Assembly: GCA_000992165.1 (NCBI GenBank)
Contig: LBTS01000001.1
Coordinates: 705-43,406 of the forward strand
Direction of reading: 5' to 3'
Length of the DNA: 42,702 bases
Source: Candidatus Moranbacteria bacterium GW2011_GWC2_37_8
GTDB lineage: Bacteria; Patescibacteriota; Minisyncoccia; Moranbacterales; GWC2-37-73
How positions within the stretch are numbered: position 1 is the stretch's first letter; every line of letters begins with the position of its first letter. Of this stretch, positions 26,441 to 33,466 are shown piece after piece. A model generated the notes under the pieces. It saw nothing but the letters and a program-made list of their open reading frames with translations. It ran no database searches and was not told the origin of the DNA. The position numbers were made by a program, and so were the translations under genes.

Positions 26441-26644
26441 ATGCAATTCAGTGATGAATCAATAGAAAAATTTCGAATGCTCTACTCTCAGCGTTTCGGC
26501 AAAGACCTTGACCGCAAGACTGCTTTTGAATATGCACAGAAACTTTTTCGAGCCATTGAACTCACTTATGTTCAGATGTCAGTTGCAGACTTCAAAAATT
26601 TGCAAAAGCGTCGCAAAGAAACTAAGCCAGATTCTCACCATTAG
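26441..26644 (+). CDS. hypothetical small protein (67 aa from the first ATG)
   Basis: The ORF track starts at a TTG at 26378. First ATG gives MQFSDESIEKF. No Shine-Dalgarno and no recognised domain. Confidence 0.4.
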   Translation: MQFSDESIEKFRMLYSQRFGKDLDRKTAFEYAQKLFRAIELTYVQMSVADFKNLQKRRKETKPDSHH

Positions 26645-26865
26645 CAAAATTTCGCTACCTAAGCCATTTTCTCAGCTTTAGCACTCATCCATGCATCACG
26701 CAGTCTATAGCCATTCACCGCAGTCATAATCCAAATACTCTCAATAAGTCCTATTGCTAACCATTCATCAAATACATTTATGCGAGCCAGAGCTTCTCCA
26801 AAATCATATCAGATACGACGTTAGAAATAATTCTTAACCTTGGGCAGTATTGTGTATAAAATGGC

Positions 26866-26894
26866 TTGTATAAGCCTAAATATCGTCCTATAAT
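26866..26894 (+). promoter_or_regulatory. promoter of the serine recombinase gene (would give a leaderless mRNA)
   Basis: TTGTAT (26866-26871), 17-nt spacer, TATAAT (26889-26894). The ATG lies 6 nt after the -10 box. Confidence 0.55.
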
Positions 26895-26900
26895 ACAAGC

Positions 26901-28517
26901 ATGAGCAAAAACGAACAAAAAATCCACTATATCCTGTATGCACGCAAGTCATCCGAAGATGAAAGGCGCCAAGTGCAGTCTATTGAAAACCAGATTCAAA
27001 TAATGTTGGACAAAGCCAAGGCATTAAAATTGCATATCGTTGATGTTTTGCAGGAATCAAAATCAGCCAGAAAGCCAGGCAGACCAGTCTTCAATGAGAT
27101 GATGGAAAGAATCAAACGGGGTGAAGCGGATGGAATTTTAACATGGCATGCAAATCGTCTTTCAAGAAATCCATTGGATGCGGGCAATGTTCAATGGGCA
27201 CTGCAAAATGGAACTATCCGCTCAATCATGACAAATGACAGGGAATATTTACCAGAAGACAATTCTCTCATGCTTGGAATGGAATGTTCCATGTCTGAAC
27301 AATACAGCAAAGACTTAAGCAAAACCGTAAATAGGGGGCTTCTCAGAAAAGCGAAGGAGGGCTGGCTTCCAAATCTTCCACCAACTGGATATATCAATGA
27401 CAAAGTGAACAAGATAATCATCAATGACCCCGAGCGTTTTCATTTGGTTCGCAAAATTTGGGACTTGATGCTTACTGGAAACTATACTCCTCCGCAGATT
27501 CTCAAGATTGCCAATGATGAATGGGGATTCCGCACACGAAAATATGAAAAGTCTGGTGGTGGCAAACTTTCAAGAAGTGGAATCTATAAAATGCTTACCA
27601 ATGGATTTTATCTTGGCTTTTTTTACAAGAAAGGTGAACTTTTTGAAGGTAGCCATGAAAGGATGATAACTGTTGATGAATGGGACAGAGTACAGACACT
27701 CTTGGGACGCAAAGGCAAACCAAGACCAAAGAAACACTCCTTCGCTTTCACCGGTGCGATTCGTTGCGCCGAATGTCAATGTCTTATTACAGCAGAAACA
27801 AAGAAAAAAATCATCAGGAAGACTGGTGAAATTCGCAGTCACACCTACTACCATTGCACCCACAAACGAACGGACATGAAATGTTCACAGCGTAAAAACA
27901 CCTTAGAGTCAGGACTAGAACTAATGATAGAGCAAGAGTTAGACAAATATACGATACTACCAGAGTTTAAAGAATGGGCAATGGAAGAATTAAACAAGGC
28001 TAATGACAACGAGATTGAAACAAGGACTAAGATGTATGAAATGCTACATAAAGCCTATACAGAGGCACAGAAGCAACTAGACACGCTCACAAAGATGAGA
28101 TACAGAGACCTAATCAATGACGAGCAGTTTCTTAGGGAGAGCAGAATACTTGAAGCTGAAATAGCTAAGCTAAAAGAGAAATTAGGCACCACAGAGGCAC
28201 GAGCGAAGCAATGGTTGGAGCTTACCGAAAAAACCTTTGAATTCGCTACTTATGCCAGAAATGCATTCCTCAAGGGTAATGACACGCTCAGAAAAGAATT
28301 GCTTTTGACTTTAGGTCAGAACCAAATACTTGGAAACCAAATACTCACTCTACAAGCGTATGAATGGTTTGTTCCTATCAGTGAAGACTATCCAAAACTT
28401 AAAGCTGAATATGTGAAGGTTAGAACCAATAAAAAACTATCTACAAAAGCAAAAACAGATGCTCTCACATCTGTTCGTGCACACTGGTCGGGGCGCAGGG
28501 ATTCGAACCCTGTCTAA
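26901..28517 (+). CDS. large serine recombinase / integrase
   Basis: Resolvase catalytic domain (YILYARKSSEDERRQVQSIENQ, HANRLSRN), recombinase domain, zinc ribbon (CAECQC...YYHCTHK..C) and a long coiled coil. The last ~11 codons are tRNA-Pro sequence. Confidence 0.9.
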   Translation: MSKNEQKIHYILYARKSSEDERRQVQSIENQIQIMLDKAKALKLHIVDVLQESKSARKPGRPVFNEMMERIKRGEADGILTWHANRLSRNPLDAGNVQWALQNGTIRSIMTNDREYLPEDNSLMLGMECSMSEQYSKDLSKTVNRGLLRKAKEGWLPNLPPTGYINDKVNKIIINDPERFHLVRKIWDLMLTGNYTPPQILKIANDEWGFRTRKYEKSGGGKLSRSGIYKMLTNGFYLGFFYKKGELFEGSHERMITVDEWDRVQTLLGRKGKPRPKKHSFAFTGAIRCAECQCLITAETKKKIIRKTGEIRSHTYYHCTHKRTDMKCSQRKNTLESGLELMIEQELDKYTILPEFKEWAMEELNKANDNEIETRTKMYEMLHKAYTEAQKQLDTLTKMRYRDLINDEQFLRESRILEAEIAKLKEKLGTTEARAKQWLELTEKTFEFATYARNAFLKGNDTLRKELLLTLGQNQILGNQILTLQAYEWFVPISEDYPKLKAEYVKVRTNKKLSTKAKTDALTSVRAHWSGRRDSNPV

Positions 28518-28559
28518 ATGATCCCAAATCACTCGTGCTACCGTTGACACCACGCCCCG
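28485..28559 (-). tRNA. tRNA-Pro (anticodon UGG) with encoded CCA
   Basis: 75-nt cloverleaf: acceptor CGGGGCG/CGCCCCG (C1-G72), anticodon loop TTTGGGA, T-arm CAGGG-TTCGAAT-CCCTG, A73 then CCA. Confidence 0.9.
28490..28503. repeat. right copy of the 14-bp direct repeat (putative att core) inside tRNA-Pro
   Basis: GGGGCGCAGGGATT is the complement of tRNA-Pro T-loop end, T-stem 3' strand and acceptor positions 66-71. Confidence 0.8.
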
Positions 28560-28642
28560 TTACAAATTTTAAATTCTAACAACCTATTAAAATTCTACCT
28601 TTGTCTCTAAATACAGCAATCAGTAACAAAACTATCTTGTAA

Positions 28643-28671
28643 AATTTGTAACGGGGCACGCCCCACAAATT
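28643..28671 (-). terminator. hairpin 1 with GGGGCACGCCCC core, probable terminator of the GIY-YIG gene
   Basis: AATTTGT-AAC-GGGG-CACG-CCCC-ACAAATT. On the minus strand it is followed by TTTT. Confidence 0.5.
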
Positions 28672-28696
28672 AACAAGAGCTTCCGTAATCTGTCTT

Positions 28697-28735
28697 CTGA
28701 AATTTCTAACGGGGCACGCCCCAGAAGAATTTCAG
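28697..28735. repeat. hairpin 2 with the same TAACGGGGCACGCCCCA core
   Basis: CTGAAATTTCT-AAC-GGGGCACGCCCC-AGAAGAATTTCAG. The outer stem differs from hairpin 1 but still pairs. It overlaps the GIY-YIG stop codon. Confidence 0.8.
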
Positions 28736-28966
28736 TCTGTTTTTTATATACCGTTTTCCCATACCAGACTTCAAATACTTTTCCCTTGCTAAGGCATCTT
28801 TTTCGTTGTGGCAGGCTTCATAGTAAATCAGCTCAAATGGTCTACGTGGTCTGGTTGAAATATTTAAACCACCATCATGCTCAGCAACTCTCCTTTTCAG
28901 ATCATCAGTATAACCAGTATAAAACTGGCCATCCTTTAAGCTCTGCAGAACATAGACGTAGAACAT
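28706..28966 (-). CDS. small GIY-YIG nuclease family protein
   Basis: MFYVYVLQSLKDGQFYTGYTDDLKRRVAEH matches the GIY...YIG motif. 86 aa. Confidence 0.9.
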   Translation of the reverse strand: MFYVYVLQSLKDGQFYTGYTDDLKRRVAEHDGGLNISTRPRRPFELIYYEACHNEKDALAREKYLKSGMGKRYIKNRLKFFWGVPR

Positions 28967-29052
28967 GTTTTTTGATTTCTAAAACCTTCCCTTCAAACTA
29001 ATATCAATAATACACTTGTTTAAAAGCTTAGTCAACCTAGCCTGGCGCCTAT

Positions 29053-30573
29053 TTACTTTTTCTCAAGTTTGGCTACTTTGAGCTCCAATTCTCGAATCAA
29101 GGCATTCAAACGTTCAATTTCTGAAATATATTCGCTCTTTTTCGAGTCAGCTTCTTCAAACAAAGTCACGTCGATTGCTGTGCCAATATACCCCCTAAAC
29201 ATGCCCTGGGATGTCATTCTTGTTACAGCCTCGACAAGTATCCACTTATATTCTCCTCGAGCGTTTATGATGCGATATTTTACCGAAAGAGGCTCTTGTT
29301 TTTCCATTGCTAAGCGATATTCCGCAAGGACATGCTCTTTATCATCAGGATGAATCACACTTGTCCAAGCATCGCCAAACAATTCTTCCTCAGATTTACC
29401 AAGAAATTTAGTCAGAGCATTATTCACATAAATAATCTTATTGACTGAATCGGATACCCAAATCATAACCGGCGCAGTATCCGCAATATTCATAAAGCGA
29501 GACTCACTCTCCTTCTTTTCTGCAAGAGTGGCGCTAATAGCGTCGAGCATGGCATTTATTTCCTTGTTTAGTTTGGTAAATTCATCTTTTCCATCAACTA
29601 CCAATCTCTCAGTCTTGTGATTTTTACTGCTAACCAATTTTACACCTTGAACAAGCTTATAAATCTTTCTTAGAACAAAAAATTCAAAAAGCATCAAAAT
29701 AATGAAAACTTCGAAGATTCCTATACCTATGAGGAACATATCGAGCCTTTTAGTATTTTCAAGTCCAACCTTGTGAATATCTCTTGGAACATCAGCTCTA
29801 AATATCACGGCAGGTTCGCCAAAAATATCATCAACCAACACAAAACCAGAAATTACATCCTCGTTAGGATCTTCATTTATATAGGTATAACTACTCAAAT
29901 TCAGCTTCTTTTTAGCTTCTACAAATAATGGCTGCTTCGAAGCATTTTCAACCGTTGAATGTTCCAATTTCAAAACAGTAGCCTTAGACAAGGAAGCCGT
30001 AAAATTTTCATCGGCGACAAATCCAAAGGAAATATAGCCTTTAGGTATTGCACTGCCATCGCTAGAAGTTATTGATTGAACTGCCAAAATAAAAGGACCG
30101 TTCTCTGTATTCACTATTCCAGCAATTTTATCAAAAGTATTGCCTTTTCCAATCGCTTCAATCCTTGGATTTAAAAATATCCGCTCAAGATCCTCAGGAA
30201 GCGGAGTCTCTTGATTATTTAAAATATACTTTTCAAAGATTGTTTCCCCTGCGGAATTTTTTATCAAAATAAAATTCAAACGAAGTTGTGGCAGAGTTTC
30301 ACTTTGCAGATTTGATTCAATGTATTCAGCATTTCTATCCTCTGCAAATTCATACGTATCATCCCACATTGACCAGTCAGAAAGCTTCACCGATAAGTCA
30401 TCAAACCGTCCTTCAAGCGCCAAATCAACGCGACTCATATTATCTTTGACAGATTGTCTTTCTAATTTTTCAAAATTAGCAGTTTCAATATTTGTGAAGA
30501 TTGTAGAAATACCAAAAAAAAGCATTCCAAAAACAACCACTACAATCAAAAATACTTTTGTTCGAATTTTCAT
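29053..30573 (-). CDS. membrane sensor protein: CHASE4-like ectodomain, TM, HAMP-like linker, PAS, coiled coil; no output domain
   Basis: DWSMWDDTYEF motif typical of CHASE4. Second TM MFLIGIGIFEVFIILMLFEFFVL. PAS region RFMNIADTAPVMIWVSD...YRIINARGEYKWI. The protein ends in a heptad-rich tail. Confidence 0.7.
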   Translation of the reverse strand: MKIRTKVFLIVVVVFGMLFFGISTIFTNIETANFEKLERQSVKDNMSRVDLALEGRFDDLSVKLSDWSMWDDTYEFAEDRNAEYIESNLQSETLPQLRLNFILIKNSAGETIFEKYILNNQETPLPEDLERIFLNPRIEAIGKGNTFDKIAGIVNTENGPFILAVQSITSSDGSAIPKGYISFGFVADENFTASLSKATVLKLEHSTVENASKQPLFVEAKKKLNLSSYTYINEDPNEDVISGFVLVDDIFGEPAVIFRADVPRDIHKVGLENTKRLDMFLIGIGIFEVFIILMLFEFFVLRKIYKLVQGVKLVSSKNHKTERLVVDGKDEFTKLNKEINAMLDAISATLAEKKESESRFMNIADTAPVMIWVSDSVNKIIYVNNALTKFLGKSEEELFGDAWTSVIHPDDKEHVLAEYRLAMEKQEPLSVKYRIINARGEYKWILVEAVTRMTSQGMFRGYIGTAIDVTLFEEADSKKSEYISEIERLNALIRELELKVAKLEKK

Positions 30574-30677
30574 AACAATGATTTACAGTTAGATGTTTGA
30601 CTTCTATGTGAATAGTAACACAACAACTGTAAATCTAAAAAGCAATGAGTATTATATCTTTTCCTGTTCATCATAAC

Positions 30678-30701
30678 AAAATCCCGCCTAAGCGGGATTT
30701 T
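30678..30701 (-). terminator. terminator downstream of hup
   Basis: AAAATCCCGC-CTAA-GCGGGATTTT. Confidence 0.7.
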
Positions 30702-30837
30702 GTTTCCATCTTTTGGATAATATATATCAAAAGAAATATATTTCAATATGGTAGTCCTTATTTTCAAGCGAAGCGAGAGAGATGGAAATAAATTTTCATC
30801 TCCGAGCAAGCGCAGAAACCAAGCAGTTAAAAACTGC

Positions 30838-31119
30838 TTACTTAACAGCCTCTTTCAAAGCTTTACCAGCTGTGAATTTTGGAACTGTCATTGCAGGGAT
30901 TTGGATTTTTGCTTTAGTTTGAGGATTGATTCCTTCGCGAGCAGCTCGCTGAGAAACTTTGAAAGTTCCGAATCCAGTCAATGTTACTTTGTTTCCTTGT
31001 CTGATTTCGTCGGTGATCTTTTCTTGAAGAGCTTCAAGCACTCCTTCAACTGCTTTTTTTGAAAGGTCAGTCTTAGTTGCGATTGCATCAACGAGGGCAT
31101 CTTTGTTTACATTAGCCAT
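30838..31119 (-). CDS. hup: HU family DNA-binding protein
   Basis: 93 aa. GFGTFKVSQRAAREGINPQT arm motif. GAAAGGAAGG Shine-Dalgarno upstream. Confidence 0.95.
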   Translation of the reverse strand: MANVNKDALVDAIATKTDLSKKAVEGVLEALQEKITDEIRQGNKVTLTGFGTFKVSQRAAREGINPQTKAKIQIPAMTVPKFTAGKALKEAVK

Positions 31120-31175
31120 ATAATGTCACCTTCCTTTCTAGTTAATAGTTTTTATATTTATCTCTCACTTTTTCG

Positions 31176-31205
31176 ATTATACTATTTATCCCACAAATAA
31201 AGCAA
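31176..31205 (-). promoter_or_regulatory. candidate hup promoter
   Basis: Minus strand reads TTGCTT, 18-nt spacer, TATAAT. Confidence 0.45.
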
Positions 31206-31348
31206 ATATAGTTATACACACACCGCCAACATATCGGCAAATTTTTAATTTTGAATTTTTAATTTTGAATGAATTTTTTAATGTTTTAATGTTTAAAACA
31301 TTTGTTCATTCGAAATTGAATCGAAATTCGAAATTCAGAATTCAAAAT

Positions 31349-32875
31349 TTATCTAGCGTATTCAACGCTTCTTGTTTCTCGAAGCACATTAACCTTGATT
31401 TCTCCTGGGTATTTCAGATCTTGTTCAATTTTGTCAGCAATTTCCCTAGCCAATTTCAACGCTCCAAGATCATCGATTTCTTCAGGTTTAACAAACACAC
31501 GAATTTCTCTTCCAGCTTGAATGGCATACGTTTTTTCAACGCCTGGGAATGAATTTGCAGTAGTTTCCAATTCTTCCAATCGCTTCAAATATTTTTCCAA
31601 CGTATCCTTACGTGCACCCGGACGACTGGCTGAGATTGCATCAGCAGCAGCAATAATAAATGCTTCCGGAGTTTCAAAAGGATAATCTTCATGGTGCGAT
31701 TTCATCGCATCAATGACTTCTTTAGGCATAGAAAACTTCTCAAGAATTTTCATTCCGATTTCGATATGCGTTCCCTGAATTTCATGATCAACCGCTTTTC
31801 CAATGTCATGCAAAAGGCCAGCTTTTTTTGCAACAGCTACATCTGCCCCCAATTCAGCAGCCAAAGCTCCTGAAAGATGAGCCACTTCCAAGGAATGAAG
31901 CAAAACGTTTTGCCCGAAACTCGTGCGATATCGAAGTCGTCCGATCAAGTGAACCAATTTAGGATCAAGACCCGCAATTCCCAAATCATAAGTTGCAGCC
32001 TCTCCAGCTTCTTTGATTTTGTTTTCAATTTCTTTTTTAGCAAATTCAACCGCTTCTTCAATCCTGGTCGGATGAATTCTTCCGTCACCAATAAGTTTTT
32101 CCAAAGTTATTCTCGCAATTTCACGTCTCACAGGATCAAAACCAGAAATGACCACTGCCTCTGGAGTATCATCAACAATAATTTCCACGCCTGTAAGTTT
32201 TTCCAAGGCCTTAATATTCCTTCCTTCTCGTCCGATGATTCTTCCTTTGACTTCATCAGATGGAATCGAAACTGTTGTTGTTACAACTTCGGCAGCATGA
32301 GAACCGGCGTATTTTTGAATGACGCTTGTCATAATGTTCTTGGCGCGCTTTTCAATGTCTTCACGACCTTCGCGCTCAATCTTAGCAATACGCTCCGCTA
32401 GAGCGCCCCTATTCTCTTCTTCAGTAAGTTGAAGCAGAATTTGCTTGGCTTGTTCTTTTGAAAGACCAGCAATTTTTTCCAATCTTTCAAGTTCACGTTT
32501 GCGAGCTTCCTCAGCTTCCATGCGAATTTTGCGCACTTCTTCCACTTTCTGCTCTAATACCTGGCGACTTTTTTCAATTTCTTCAGTCTTTTGATCAATT
32601 GTGATTTCCTTTTTCTCAAGACGCTGTTCGCTTCTCGAAATCTGATCTTCACGTTCTTTTTCTTTTTTCTTCGCCTCCTCAAGAATCTCAACTGCCTTGT
32701 TCTTAGCATTTAAAATCATCTCTTGAGATTTTTTCTCAGCATCCTGAGATAATTTTTCAGCCTTTCCTTCGGCGCTATCAAGTTGCTTTTTCGCAATTGA
32801 TTGCCGAACGACATATCCAGTTCCACTGCCCACTAAAAGGCTCAACAGAACTATTAATAATTCACCGACTCCCAT
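31349..32875 (-). CDS. rny: ribonuclease Y
   Basis: N-terminal TM, long coiled coil, KH domain (IIGREGRNI), HD domain (LLHDIGKAVDHE). Confidence 0.95.
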   Translation of the reverse strand: MGVGELLIVLLSLLVGSGTGYVVRQSIAKKQLDSAEGKAEKLSQDAEKKSQEMILNAKNKAVEILEEAKKKEKEREDQISRSEQRLEKKEITIDQKTEEIEKSRQVLEQKVEEVRKIRMEAEEARKRELERLEKIAGLSKEQAKQILLQLTEEENRGALAERIAKIEREGREDIEKRAKNIMTSVIQKYAGSHAAEVVTTTVSIPSDEVKGRIIGREGRNIKALEKLTGVEIIVDDTPEAVVISGFDPVRREIARITLEKLIGDGRIHPTRIEEAVEFAKKEIENKIKEAGEAATYDLGIAGLDPKLVHLIGRLRYRTSFGQNVLLHSLEVAHLSGALAAELGADVAVAKKAGLLHDIGKAVDHEIQGTHIEIGMKILEKFSMPKEVIDAMKSHHEDYPFETPEAFIIAAADAISASRPGARKDTLEKYLKRLEELETTANSFPGVEKTYAIQAGREIRVFVKPEEIDDLGALKLAREIADKIEQDLKYPGEIKVNVLRETRSVEYAR

Positions 32876-33190
32876 ACATTTTCATTCGTTTCGTCTGGAT
32901 GGGTAATACACACTAAAGTAAGCACCTTTCGGAGCTTTATATTTTCTCTTCCAAAATCTTAGTATTGCTGTGAGAAAAATAAATCATAAGTATTCTAAAT
33001 CGCTTGTTTCCTGAGCCAAAAATCATAAACATTTTCCTTGGATTTTTTTCCAATATAAGAAAAAAGTATTTTTCAGCATTTTTAAGGTCGAAGCGTAAAA
33101 TTTGTATTACTAACCAAATCGAACCGATCAATATTAACTTAGTTACCTGCTAAGCCCCATGATAAAGCAAAAAGCCTTTTTTGTCAAAAC

Positions 33191-33343
33191 AATAAAAGGT
33201 ATTATACCCCAGGGCAGAGCCCTGGACCCTTTGGGCTTACGCAGCAGAGCTGCGAGGTATTAAGCCTTTTGATATCTGCGCTCGTTCGGAAATGAAAAAT
33301 ATTAATTTTTCATTTCGCTCACTTTGCTTGATAATAAAAAAAT
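33191..33343 (+). repeat. GC-rich structured intergenic repeat, copy 2 (candidate ncRNA)
   Basis: Same element as 15128-15305 but without the 36-nt insert. The terminal 12-bp hairpin (33289-33316) carries a compensatory G-C to A-T change relative to copy 1. Confidence 0.8.
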
Positions 33344-33466
33344 GCTAAACTAGTATCATAAAGCATAAAAACATGCGTCATTAATACAAGTGATGATATA
33401 TTTTATACCTTATATCTCTGACTTTCCAGTTAGGATTTAATAATTCCATCTTCTAAGATTAATTTT

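Larger units (their letters stand above)
24138..28503. mobile_element. putative ~4.35-kb integrative element at tRNA-Pro (serine-recombinase type)
   Basis: Bounded by the 14-bp direct repeat. A large serine recombinase abuts and overlaps the tRNA 3' end. The interior holds only orphan genes. Confidence 0.55.

Noticed and set aside
26650-26800. Minus-strand open frame of about 49 codons (YDFGEALARINVFDEWLAIGLIESIWIMTAVNGYRLRDAWMSAKAEKMA*) in the spacer upstream of the recombinase.
   Set aside because: No start codon lies near its 5' end and a stop lies immediately upstream. The frame is too short and no family is recognised. It might be a gene remnant, but I cannot support that.
32937-33131. 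64-aa minus-strand ORF in the rny-gpmI spacer.
   Set aside because: The sequence is AT-rich and low-complexity, with no Shine-Dalgarno and no motif. It is probably non-coding promoter or leader DNA.
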